Shown here piece by piece: positions 27,002 through 36,371 of a stretch of DNA of 64,000 nucleotides (the first letter of the stretch is position 1; each line of letters opens with the position of its first letter). Origin of the DNA: an uncultured bacterium (GTDB taxonomy: Bacteria > Oederibacteriota > JAAXVQ01 > JAUVAV01); NCBI GenBank assembly GCA_963710755.1, contig CAVQBK010000003.1:480001-544000 (forward strand), read 5' to 3'. Under the pieces are notes generated by a model. That model saw only the letters and a list, made by a program, of their open reading frames with translations, was not told where the DNA came from and did not search any database. Position numbers and translations under genes: made by a program.

Positions 27002-28970
27002 GGTGATCAAATCTCCCCACTTGAGCGAACAGGCATTTGCCATCCCTGTGCACGGCGCAACGGCCGCTGACACCCACCCGGATGGTACGGCGGACAACAA
27101 GTCCAGCGAGCCTGATCAGGTTGCCACTGCCGAGGATGGGGTTGGCCGCGAAACGGACATGGAAACAATTAAAGTTTCGGCCTTTAATCATGGCTTTGAG
27201 GAAGGCCGACGATCGGCCGAGCAACGGCTGGCACGGGAGAAAGCAGAGCAGGAGCAATTGTTGACGAAAATCGGTCAGGAAGTGGAAAGCTTCTACACCA
27301 AGATGGAAAAGCGTATGCTTGACGTCATTCTGGCCATAGTGAAAAAAATCATCGGCCAGAGTGATCACCTTAATCCCGACCTGATCAAGGAAAGTCTTAA
27401 AAAAGTCTTGGGTAAGCAGGACGATCTGGGGGGGGTGCTGACCCTGAGGCTCAATCCCCGTGATTACAAAAAAATTGCACCTGACCGCCAGGTGATGCCC
27501 ACCAATCTCCGTTTACTTCCCGATCAATCCATCCAGCCTGGAGGTACGCTGTTGGAGACCCCTTATGGGTTTATTGACAGCCGCTTGGAATCGCAGCTGG
27601 AAGAATTGGAACGGATGCTGCGTGATCAATTTGCCGACGGCCGCGTGCCGCTCCAGGCCAAGGCCATGGTGGAAGAAGCCCAGGAGATACGTTCCGAGGG
27701 CCGGGTGCTCAACATTGTGGGCACCGTGCTTGAATCGCGCGGACCCAACGTGACCATTGGCGAGCAGTGTGACATTATCGGGGCCAACCGGCAGCAGCGG
27801 GTCAGGGCTGAGGTTATTGGGTTTAAAGACAACCGGGTGCTCATGATGCCCTTGGGCGAGAAGCACGGCATTGGTCCGGGCAGCCGGATTATTGCCCATG
27901 GCCAGCCCTTCACCATTCACGCCAGCGAGCAATTGCTGGGCCGCATTCTCGACGGCCTGGGCCAGCCTATTGACGACCAAGGACCCATCTTCGGCGGTGA
28001 AGCCGTAAGCATTCACAATACGCCCAATAATCCTATGCAGCGCCGGCCCATCGAGAAACCGCTCTACACGGGCGTGAAAGCCATTGACGGTCTGCTCACT
28101 TGCGGCAAAGGCGGACGCATGGGGATTTTCGCAGGCAGCGGTGTAGGTAAGAGCACGCTGCTGGGCATGATGGCCCGCAACACCTCGGCGGACATCAATG
28201 TGATTGCCCTGATCGGAGAACGAGGCCGGGAAGTACGCGAATTTATTGAAAATGATCTTGGCCAGGAAGGTCTGCAACGTTCGGTGGTCATTGCCGTGAC
28301 TTCCGACGAATCGCCCATTCTGCGCATTCATGGCGCCAAACTGGCGGCCAGTGTGGCCGAGTATTTTGCGCGCCAGGGCAAGGATGTGCTCTTCATGATG
28401 GATTCGGTAACGCGCTTTGCCATGGCTCAGCGTGAGATCGGCCTGGCTGTGGGCGAGCCGCCCACCACCAAAGGGTACACGCCCTCCACCTTTGCCGAGT
28501 TGCCCAAGCTGCTGGAACGTTCCGGAAACTTCAGCCAACAGGGCAGCATCACCGGCTTTTATACGGTACTGGTGGAAGGAGACGATATGGATGAACCGGT
28601 CTCGGACCATGTGCGCAGCATCCTCGACGGGCACATTGTGCTTTCGCGCAGCCTGTTCAGCCAAAATCACTTTCCTGCCATCGATGTTCTGCCCAGCATC
28701 AGCCGTTTGGCCAAGCAGGTTTGCTCACCTGAACAAGGCCGGTGGGGCGGGATGATCCGCGATCATTTGGCGGCTTTTGCGGAAGCGCAGGATCTCATTA
28801 ACATCGGCGCTTATGTGCAGGGCAGCAACCCTAAAATTGACAAGGCCATGGCGGTGATCGACGACATCCGTGCTTTTCTGAAGCAACGCGTCAATGAGAA
28901 GATTGCCGTGGACCAGGTCTGGCCGCTGCTGGAGCGTATCATCAAAAAGATTGAAGGACAGGGCGTATGA
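26994..28970 (+). CDS. fliH-fliI: In-frame fusion of FliH and the FliI export ATPase (about 658 aa)
   Basis: TTG start after GGAGGA overlapping the fliG end; FliH motifs GFEEG, LRLNPRD, PGGTLLET..GFID, then FliI GRV..VG, Walker A FAGSGVGKST, DSVTR; no stop codon between them. Confidence 0.88.
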   Translation: MSKVIKSPHLSEQAFAIPVHGATAADTHPDGTADNKSSEPDQVATAEDGVGRETDMETIKVSAFNHGFEEGRRSAEQRLAREKAEQEQLLTKIGQEVESFYTKMEKRMLDVILAIVKKIIGQSDHLNPDLIKESLKKVLGKQDDLGGVLTLRLNPRDYKKIAPDRQVMPTNLRLLPDQSIQPGGTLLETPYGFIDSRLESQLEELERMLRDQFADGRVPLQAKAMVEEAQEIRSEGRVLNIVGTVLESRGPNVTIGEQCDIIGANRQQRVRAEVIGFKDNRVLMMPLGEKHGIGPGSRIIAHGQPFTIHASEQLLGRILDGLGQPIDDQGPIFGGEAVSIHNTPNNPMQRRPIEKPLYTGVKAIDGLLTCGKGGRMGIFAGSGVGKSTLLGMMARNTSADINVIALIGERGREVREFIENDLGQEGLQRSVVIAVTSDESPILRIHGAKLAASVAEYFARQGKDVLFMMDSVTRFAMAQREIGLAVGEPPTTKGYTPSTFAELPKLLERSGNFSQQGSITGFYTVLVEGDDMDEPVSDHVRSILDGHIVLSRSLFSQNHFPAIDVLPSISRLAKQVCSPEQGRWGGMIRDHLAAFAEAQDLINIGAYVQGSNPKIDKAMAVIDDIRAFLKQRVNEKIAVDQVWPLLERIIKKIEGQGV

Positions 28971-29422
28971 AAAAATTTAAATTTAACCTGGCCGCGCTGC
29001 TGAAAATCAGAAAGCGCCATGAAGAACGCATCATTCAGGAGTTCAGCGATCAGCAACGCCGGGTGCTGGAACAAGAAGCCCTCCAGCAACAACTGGTGGT
29101 GGCACGCAGCAAGAAACATCAGGAATATAAGCTGCTTAAAACCGGGGCCATGGACATGGCCAAGGACAAGGCCTATGACCAGTACTTGATCCGTTTGCAA
29201 CAGGACATTCAGAAAACCGAAACCCATTTGGGCCTGCTCCGGCAGGAATTGGAAGCCTTGCGCCAGCGCCTGGTCCGAGCCCGCAAAGAGGTGGCGGTGC
29301 TGGAAAAAATAAAAGAGCATCGCTGGGAAGAACACCGGCAAGCCTTGAGTAAGGAAGAGCAGCGTCTGCTGGACGAGGTGGCCATTAACCACGCCCAGGA
29401 TCAGCAGTTCTGGAATGATTAA
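28967..29422 (+). CDS. fliJ: Flagellar export protein
   Basis: FKFNLAALLKIR, EQRLLDE, coiled coil; follows fliI. Confidence 0.92.
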   Translation: MKKFKFNLAALLKIRKRHEERIIQEFSDQQRRVLEQEALQQQLVVARSKKHQEYKLLKTGAMDMAKDKAYDQYLIRLQQDIQKTETHLGLLRQELEALRQRLVRARKEVAVLEKIKEHRWEEHRQALSKEEQRLLDEVAINHAQDQQFWND

Positions 29423-29532
29423 CATATGTCTTAAAGGCTGCAATGAGGGTGGTAAAAAACTAACGCCTTCAAACAGGCATTAACATTCATGTCATAACCC
29501 GGAGGATGCACAGCACCTCCCAGGAGGATCTT

Positions 29533-30849
29533 ATGGGTGAATCCATGCAAGTGCAAGCAGCAGTGGTAGAAGCCGCCGTCAATACGGCTCAGGGCGCCGC
29601 CGTCAAAGACAACACCAACCTGGAGCAGCCGGACTTGGGGTTGGTAAAGGAATTTTTAGCCTTTTTAAACCACGATCTGGCCAGTGAGAATGCTGCCCCC
29701 TTGGGAGATCAGGAGAGCGAAACCGAGGTCGAGACCGAGACCGACCAGCCATCAGAAGGCACAGAGCAGGCCTTGCTCCAATTGCTTCAGAACCATCCGG
29801 CTATGGCCGCGGCCGTGCTTATGCCTATGATAGCTCCGCCGCCACAGGCCGAGGTACCAGGTGATAATCCTGTGCAGGGCACAAAAATGAATCTGGCGGA
29901 TTTGGCAGCCGCGATGGAAGCTCTTCAGGACCAGCCTCAGGGTCAGGCTGCGGTCATGGAGGTGTCTCCTGTGGCTGTGCAGAGTGAAAATCCACAGGTT
30001 TTGAAACGCGATCAAACCGGGGTCCACGGTATGCTCAATGATTTTCCCCAGGGATGGGAAAGCCTGCTGGACGATAACGCCGTAGCGGAAACATCGGGCC
30101 CATTGCCTGAACCAGGGGCTCTTGAGCAGGTCAAAGCGGGTGCCATGACCATGACGGTTATGCCCAGCGGAGCTGAAGCCGAAAGCCCGGGGTCCGGCCT
30201 GACTTTGGAAAATTTGGACAGCGAGCAAGAAACCTTCACCTTTTTAGCGGGCAAGGAGGGAGGGGGCACCAAGCATGCGGCCGTTGAGAAAACGTCCATG
30301 GAGCCCACTTTTACGGAAAACGCGATGTTCAGCATGCCCGGCCGGAGTCTGGGACTGGATGCGACTCTGTCACCGTCCGGTGCGGGCACATTGCAGCTGC
30401 TCAAAGCCATGAACGAGGTACAGCAGCAGAGTGTGATCAAGTCCTTTAGCCAGGAAGTAGTCAAGGGTGCCAAAGGCAAGGAAGAAAAACTTCATATTGA
30501 ACTAAATCCACCTGAATTGGGACGGGTGCAGGTGACCGTCCATCGCAGCGGTGATCAGATTCATGCCAAGGTATTCATGGCGGATAAACATCTGGGCGAG
30601 TTTTTTCAGGACAATTTGGACCAGATTAAAAAAAACCTGGAGTCCGCAGGCGTGAAGGTGGGGACGTTTTCCCTGGAAGTGGGGCAGCAACAACAGCAGG
30701 CCGGCCAGGGACCGGTCAACAAGCAGGATCAGGAGGAACAGGGGTGGTCCGCTCAGCCTAAAGGGCTGAGTGTGTCTGAGACCACGCCGACAGGCAGCGG
30801 CGACCGGGCCGGACGCTGGAAAACCTCAAAAGTGGATATGTTGATATAA
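29533..30849 (+). CDS. fliK: Hook-length control protein
   Basis: Low-complexity acidic N-terminal region, C-terminal IELNPPELGRVQV T3S4 domain. Confidence 0.9.
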   Translation: MGESMQVQAAVVEAAVNTAQGAAVKDNTNLEQPDLGLVKEFLAFLNHDLASENAAPLGDQESETEVETETDQPSEGTEQALLQLLQNHPAMAAAVLMPMIAPPPQAEVPGDNPVQGTKMNLADLAAAMEALQDQPQGQAAVMEVSPVAVQSENPQVLKRDQTGVHGMLNDFPQGWESLLDDNAVAETSGPLPEPGALEQVKAGAMTMTVMPSGAEAESPGSGLTLENLDSEQETFTFLAGKEGGGTKHAAVEKTSMEPTFTENAMFSMPGRSLGLDATLSPSGAGTLQLLKAMNEVQQQSVIKSFSQEVVKGAKGKEEKLHIELNPPELGRVQVTVHRSGDQIHAKVFMADKHLGEFFQDNLDQIKKNLESAGVKVGTFSLEVGQQQQQAGQGPVNKQDQEEQGWSAQPKGLSVSETTPTGSGDRAGRWKTSKVDMLI

Positions 30850-30930
30850 CTCTGGCAGGGCGTGCCCCTCTGGGGTTGAGTGGAGCCGGGCCACCATGTC
30901 CGGGTTTAACACAGACAGGAGGAAGAACAT

Positions 30931-31299
30931 ATGAATGTGGATTCAGTAGGATCAATGGGTAAAACCGATTTTTTAAACTTGTTGGCCACGCAGTTAAAGT
31001 ATCAAGATCCCATGAACCCCGTGGACAATACGGAGTTCATCTCCCAACTGGCGCAGTTCACGGCTCTGGAGACTTCGGAGAACACGAGAGATGAAATTGC
31101 CGGACTGGCCAGGTTGGAATCAAACAGTTTTGGCACTGTGCTGCTGGGCCGGTCTGTGAGCGGCATTGACACCCGGGACAGCAACTGCTATCTGCCCTTT
31201 TCAGGAGCTGTGACGGCGGTGGATGTTTCCGGTAATCAGGTAAAAGTGACCGTCAATCACCAAGAGTATCTGCTTAGCGATGTTCAGGCTATTGAATAA
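30931..31299 (+). CDS. flgD: Hook capping protein
   Basis: DFLNLLATQLKYQDPMNPVDN.EFISQLAQF. Confidence 0.95.
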   Translation: MNVDSVGSMGKTDFLNLLATQLKYQDPMNPVDNTEFISQLAQFTALETSENTRDEIAGLARLESNSFGTVLLGRSVSGIDTRDSNCYLPFSGAVTAVDVSGNQVKVTVNHQEYLLSDVQAIE

Positions 31300-31345
31300 A
31301 CGGACTTAAATGATCCGCAAGCACAGCTAAAAGAGGAGGACTATT

Positions 31346-32569
31346 ATGTTACGTTCATTATTTACGGGAATTTCAGGGCTGACCAATCATCAAACCAGGA
31401 TGGATGTGATCGGTAACAACATTGCCAATGTCAACACCACAGGCTTCAAAGCCGGTCGGGTTAATTTCCAGGACATGATGTCTCAGACCTTGCAGGGCGC
31501 CAGCCCGGGCACCGGCGGCCGGGGCGGCACCAACCCCAAAGAAATCGGGTTGGGCGTCTCCATGGCCACCATTACCAATATCCACAGCCAGGGCGCGCTG
31601 CAGTCCACGGGGGTCATGACCGATCTGGGCATCCAAGGCGACGGGTTTTTTATTCTCAGTGACGGCAACCGTAACCGCTATACCCGTGACGGCAGTTTCG
31701 GACTCGATGAAGACGGTAATTTAGTGGAGCCGTCCAACGGCTTGCTGGTGCAAGGGTGGAGCGCCACCGCCGGGGTGATCGATACCACCCAGCCGGTGGG
31801 TAACATTAACATTCCCATTGCCGCGGAGATGGCGGCCCAGGCCACCAGCCAGGCTGAGATTATCGGCAACCTTGATTCCACCCAAGCCGCAGGCTACACT
31901 TACAACAACACCTTTCTGGTCTACGATTCCCTGGGTGATAACCACAATGTCACCGTAACCTACACCAAGACGGGCGTCAATACCTGGAGCTGGCAAGCCT
32001 CAGGCACTGGCATCGTGGCCGCCGGTCTGGTTAATCAAGGGGTGCTCACCTTCAATCCCGATGGGTCCCTTAATGCTCAAACCGGGGCTTTAAGTATCAC
32101 CACCACCAACGGCTCGACCACACCTTTGGCCATTAATCCTGATTTTACAGCCATGACTCAGTTGGCTGATCCGGATACAGCCACCCTCTTCAATCAGGAT
32201 GGGTTTGCACCGGGCACCATGGTCTCCTTTAATATCAGCAATAGTGGCATTATCAACGGGGTTTATGACAACGGGATTGTGCAGACCATCGGCCAGATCG
32301 CCCTGGCGCGCTTTACCAATAACTCCGGTTTGATGAAAGAGGGGGAGAACATCTGGTCTGAATCCGCCAACAGCGGCGTGGCCCAGATTGGGGAAGCCAA
32401 CACCGGAGCCCGTGGCGGTATCCAGGCCGGGACCCTGGAAATGTCCAATGTCAATCTGGCTCAGGAGTTCAGTGACATGATTATTACGGAACGGGGCTTC
32501 CAGGCCAATTCCCGGGTTATTACGACATCCGATGAACTGCTCCAGGAATTGATCAGCCTGAAACGGTAG
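31346..32569 (+). CDS. flgE: Flagellar hook protein
   Basis: MDVIGNNIANVNTTGFK, YTRDGSF, VYDSLG, LEMSNVNLA..QAN. Confidence 0.96.
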   Translation: MLRSLFTGISGLTNHQTRMDVIGNNIANVNTTGFKAGRVNFQDMMSQTLQGASPGTGGRGGTNPKEIGLGVSMATITNIHSQGALQSTGVMTDLGIQGDGFFILSDGNRNRYTRDGSFGLDEDGNLVEPSNGLLVQGWSATAGVIDTTQPVGNINIPIAAEMAAQATSQAEIIGNLDSTQAAGYTYNNTFLVYDSLGDNHNVTVTYTKTGVNTWSWQASGTGIVAAGLVNQGVLTFNPDGSLNAQTGALSITTTNGSTTPLAINPDFTAMTQLADPDTATLFNQDGFAPGTMVSFNISNSGIINGVYDNGIVQTIGQIALARFTNNSGLMKEGENIWSESANSGVAQIGEANTGARGGIQAGTLEMSNVNLAQEFSDMIITERGFQANSRVITTSDELLQELISLKR

Positions 32570-32814
32570 TATGTTCATAGGCGGGCAATAAGAGCTTGAA
32601 CTCAAGCCAAGTTGCAAAGGACACAGAGTAAAGATCGGTGATTCGATTAATCCTTCTTAGTGCTTGGCCTGGGTTAAATTGTGGGGGTAAAGTTTGGACG
32701 AACTAGTATTAAGCCCCTAGCAATGACATTGATCGACGCAATAGACCACTGCATGGCCGACACAGATCTTAATCGCGGGCCAGAACATGGCCGGCCAATT
32801 TCGTGAGGTGCACC

Positions 32815-33036
32815 ATGATAGAATTATCCAAATTAAACGGCGACCGGATTGTGGTCAATGAACGCTGGATCGAAACCATCGAAGCTCTTCCGGATACCAC
32901 CATCACCGTCAGTTCCGGCAACAAGTTCGTGGTCCTCGAACCGGTGGCCGTGGTAATGGAAAAAATTATCGCTTGGAAGATCAATGTCACCAAAAAAACC
33001 GGGAAAGCGAAACCGAAAAAAACGCTCGGGAAATAG
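32815..33036 (+). CDS. flbD: FlbD/SwrD family flagellar protein
   Basis: MIELSKLNG..VN...IETIE..PDT.I...SG.K.VV.E; located between flgE and motA. Confidence 0.9.
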   Translation: MIELSKLNGDRIVVNERWIETIEALPDTTITVSSGNKFVVLEPVAVVMEKIIAWKINVTKKTGKAKPKKTLGK

Positions 33037-33085
33037 CCTTTTTAGCAAGACCTGTGAGGACCGAGGAAAAACCAAAGCCTTGTCT

Positions 33086-33112
33086 TTAGAAGGGACTCAA
33101 GCCATCCGACAC
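33086..33112 (+). promoter_or_regulatory. Putative sigma28 promoter for motAB
   Basis: TTAG-N15-TCCGACAC. Confidence 0.4.
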
Positions 33113-33157
33113 TAAGAAAAGGCAGGAGAAAACCATGCCGACAGGGAGCCAAAGGTA

Positions 33158-33943
33158 ATGGATTTTGCAACCATTGTGGGATTAATTATGGCCTGGGGAT
33201 CGTTGGTCGCCATTGTCTATATCGAAGGCGGCCATCTGGGGTCCTTATGGAATTTTGGAGCTTTTGTGCTGGTCATAGGCGGCACCCTGGGTGTCACGGT
33301 TGTGGGTTCTGACAAGGAAGATATCCGCTCCATTCCCACCATCATGAAAAATGCTTTTTTCTCCAAGCCGATCAAGGTGGAAGAAACCATCAGCATGCTG
33401 GTTAATCTCAGCAAAACCGTGCGCAAGGAAGGCCTGCTCTCCCTGGAAAAGGTGAGCGAGCAGATTGAGGACGACTTTTTCAAAAAGGCCATACAAATTG
33501 TAGTGGACGGTCTGGACGCGGAACAGGTGCGCGCCATATTGGAAACCGATATTGAGTTGCTGGGCGAACGTCATAAAATCGGCGCCAAAATCTTTGCCAC
33601 TATGGGCGGCTTTGGGCCCACGTTGGGTATTATCGGCACGGTCATGGGCTTGGTGCACATGCTGGCCAATATTTCCACGCCCGATAGCATGGGTCCGGCC
33701 ATTGCCTCAGCCTTTATTGCCACCTTATACGGGGTGAGCACAGCCAACCTGATTTACATTCCCATTAGTAATAAATTAAAACGACGCAACGAAGAAGAAG
33801 TGCACGCCCGAATGATCGTGCTGGAAGGCATTATTTCCATCCAGGCCGGAGACAATCCCCGCATCCTGGAAGAAAAACTCCTGACTTATTTATCGCCCAA
33901 AGCACGGATCAAAGTGGCGGAAAAAATCAAAGGGAGCAAGTAA
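33158..33943 (+). CDS. motA: Stator A subunit
   Basis: RKEGLLSLE, PTLGIIGTVMGL, AFIATLYG. Confidence 0.96.
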   Translation: MDFATIVGLIMAWGSLVAIVYIEGGHLGSLWNFGAFVLVIGGTLGVTVVGSDKEDIRSIPTIMKNAFFSKPIKVEETISMLVNLSKTVRKEGLLSLEKVSEQIEDDFFKKAIQIVVDGLDAEQVRAILETDIELLGERHKIGAKIFATMGGFGPTLGIIGTVMGLVHMLANISTPDSMGPAIASAFIATLYGVSTANLIYIPISNKLKRRNEEEVHARMIVLEGIISIQAGDNPRILEEKLLTYLSPKARIKVAEKIKGSK

Positions 33944-33945
33944 GC

Positions 33946-34821
33946 ATGGGCCGGCGGAAAAAACAACATGAAGAAGAGGCCAATGAAGAGCGCTGGCTGC
34001 TCACCTACGCGGATATGATCACCCTGCTGGTGGCCTTTTTTATGATGATGTATTCCATGTCCGTACTCAACCTGGAAAAATTCAAACAAGCCGCCATGGG
34101 CATCAGATCCGGATTTAACGGCGCAGTGCCCGATGGTAAGAAGGACAAGGCCGGTGATTCCATTGTGGAACGCGGGGCGCCCAGTGCGTTTATTCCCAAA
34201 CCGGTCATTGCCATTGTCCCCGGCAAAGGGGTGGCGAAAAAAAGGGAGGAAGGTACGGGTGATGTTGGCCATAAACGGTCACACCGTGCCACCCCTAGAA
34301 AACCGATGGGTCCGCCCAAGCCGACGGCTGCTCAACTGCGCGCCCAGCGGGTGGGGGCCTTGACTGCCAAACTGAACAAGCAATTGGAAGGCCTGGTCGG
34401 CAAAGGCAAACCCGCTCAGGTGATCGGGGAGAGCAAAGGCGTGGCCATTGAGCTGATCGGCGACATGATTTTCTTTCCCAAGGACAGTGCGCAGCTGAGC
34501 GAGAACGCTAAAAAAATACTGGATGCTGTGGTGTCAGTGCTGACCACGCTGCCCAATGAAATTTCGGTGGAAGGCCATACCAGCAAATACGTCACCTGGG
34601 AAAATTCGCCTTTTGCCAACAGCTGGGAACTCTCCACCGCCCGGGCCATGGCGGTGGTCACTTATTTCATGCAATCCCATAAAATTCAGCCCCAGCGAAT
34701 TTCCGTCACCGGCTATGGCCAGTACCGGCCCTTGCATGAGCGATCCAAAGCAGCGGTTAAGAAAACACCGCCTGATCCCACCAAAAACGACCGGGTGCGG
34801 GTATTTATTTATCAGGATTAA
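33946..34821 (+). CDS. motB: Stator B subunit
   Basis: WLLTYADMITLL TM segment and OmpA-like domain VEGHT..WELSTARA. Confidence 0.93.
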   Translation: MGRRKKQHEEEANEERWLLTYADMITLLVAFFMMMYSMSVLNLEKFKQAAMGIRSGFNGAVPDGKKDKAGDSIVERGAPSAFIPKPVIAIVPGKGVAKKREEGTGDVGHKRSHRATPRKPMGPPKPTAAQLRAQRVGALTAKLNKQLEGLVGKGKPAQVIGESKGVAIELIGDMIFFPKDSAQLSENAKKILDAVVSVLTTLPNEISVEGHTSKYVTWENSPFANSWELSTARAMAVVTYFMQSHKIQPQRISVTGYGQYRPLHERSKAAVKKTPPDPTKNDRVRVFIYQD

Positions 34822-34925
34822 TTCCACGACTATTCCTGAAAAAGGGTTCTTCAAGGAAAGACCAAGGCTTTGTGACAGTTAAAATCTTTAAGGATAGTGG
34901 GGCATTTAACAGATGAGGCTTGAGC

Positions 34926-35489
34926 TCAGGTCCAAGTGAGCAAGTATTGGTAAGTGATGGCATTGTTCTCAGGATATTTTTTATAAGACACGGTAACGTT
35001 TTTACAGCCCGACAATTCTCCGGTGCGCTTGATCCAGCCGGCCACGGTAATCATCATTTCCTTGGAATCTTCCTCGAATTCTCGGATATAAAAAATAACT
35101 TTTTTGGGCTCCGTAAATTCAGGCACCATAATACCGGACGTGTAATGCTGGCGCCAAACTGCTGCCGCACGCTTGATGATAAATTCCACGGACCCCAATT
35201 TGAAAAATATTTTAGTGACCCCTTGCACCGCCAGTTCAGCCGAATACTTGCCGACGTCCAGCAATAGTTTGGAATCTCCTGTGCCCATGACTTGATCAAT
35301 AACGCGATGAAGCTGGGCATAATAGTCAAATGGATACCAGGCCGCCATGAGAATGCCGATTTCTATCTGCTTTTGCAGTTCAGGGCTTAATTTATCGATG
35401 ACCATCTGTTTCATCTGCGGGGAACCTTTGACTTCCGCGTACTTAAGCCGTGAAAGAATGGTACTGCCTTTGATTTTGCTCATGGTCAT
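34926..35489 (-). CDS. DUF2378/TIGR02265-like protein (copy 3)
   Basis: KIKGS, AWYPFDYY, KIFFKL..AVWRQHYTSG, AGWI, terminal W. Confidence 0.65.
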   Translation of the reverse strand: MTMSKIKGSTILSRLKYAEVKGSPQMKQMVIDKLSPELQKQIEIGILMAAWYPFDYYAQLHRVIDQVMGTGDSKLLLDVGKYSAELAVQGVTKIFFKLGSVEFIIKRAAAVWRQHYTSGIMVPEFTEPKKVIFYIREFEEDSKEMMITVAGWIKRTGELSGCKNVTVSYKKYPENNAITYQYLLTWT

Positions 35490-35531
35490 GGTTCCTTTTC
35501 AGCAATTGCCCCGAAGAAGTAGACAGGGCGG

Positions 35532-36089
35532 CTATAACCACGTCACATCATATTGATAGGTCATACCGCTGGGTTCGCGGAATTTTTTATAAGAAATGGT
35601 GACGCTCCGGCCACCCGAGAGTTCCACGGTACGCTGGATCCAGCCGGCCACGGTGACCAGCATTTCATTGGAGTCTTCCTCGAATTCCTTGACCAGGAAG
35701 GTGACCGTCTTCTTTTCTCCGAATATTGGTTCCATCAAGCCTGAGGTGTAATGTTGATGCCAGACCGCACTGGCGCGCTTCATAATGAATTCAGGGGAAC
35801 CGAGCTTGAAAAAAATTTTAGTGACCCCATGCACGGCCAGTTCGGCGGAATACTTGCCCACGTCGAGCAACAGGGTTAGATCCCCTTTGCCCATCACTTG
35901 GTCAATGGTGCGGTGCAGTTCCACATAATAGTCAAACGGGTACCAGGCGGCCATAAGAATGCCGATTTTAATCTTATCCTGAAAGTCGGGGCTCAACTTT
36001 TGAATAACTTCGTCTTTGGTCTGCGCCGAGCCTTTGACTTCGGCAAATTTGAGCCTGCTGATAATGGTACTGCCTTTGATTTTACTCAT
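35532..36089 (-). CDS. DUF2378/TIGR02265-like protein (copy 4)
   Basis: Close paralog of copy 3, with differences spread along its length. Confidence 0.65.
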   Translation of the reverse strand: MSKIKGSTIISRLKFAEVKGSAQTKDEVIQKLSPDFQDKIKIGILMAAWYPFDYYVELHRTIDQVMGKGDLTLLLDVGKYSAELAVHGVTKIFFKLGSPEFIMKRASAVWHQHYTSGLMEPIFGEKKTVTFLVKEFEEDSNEMLVTVAGWIQRTVELSGGRSVTISYKKFREPSGMTYQYDVTWL

Positions 36090-36181
36090 GGGTCACCTCG
36101 CCGTAGGTGTGTGGTTTAAAATCTCCGCTGATCCAGCATTGGGTGCCCTTTCCAAGGGCAGGGATTTCCCCACTGCCACAA

Positions 36182-36208
36182 GTAACGGCATAGCCTGATT
36201 GTACCTTA
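36182..36208 (-). promoter_or_regulatory. Putative sigma28 promoter for the second DUF2378 pair
   Basis: Minus strand TAAG-N15-GCCGTTAC. Confidence 0.5.
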
Positions 36209-36296
36209 ATAACTTTCAGGCTGTCATGTGAAAAGCATGCTGGTTGGAATGTCTGGAATCAACTGATAGCAGCGCAGTAAAGGTAAAATAGTTTGT

Positions 36297-36326
36297 TTGA
36301 AAAAAAAACCGGGCTGATGGTATAGT
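36297..36326 (+). promoter_or_regulatory. Putative sigma70 promoter of the giant gene
   Basis: TTGAAA-N18-TATAGT with extended -10 TG. Confidence 0.55.
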
Positions 36327-36371
36327 AATGCCCTATCCCAAAAGACCATTTTTGATGAGAGGTGTTCCACA

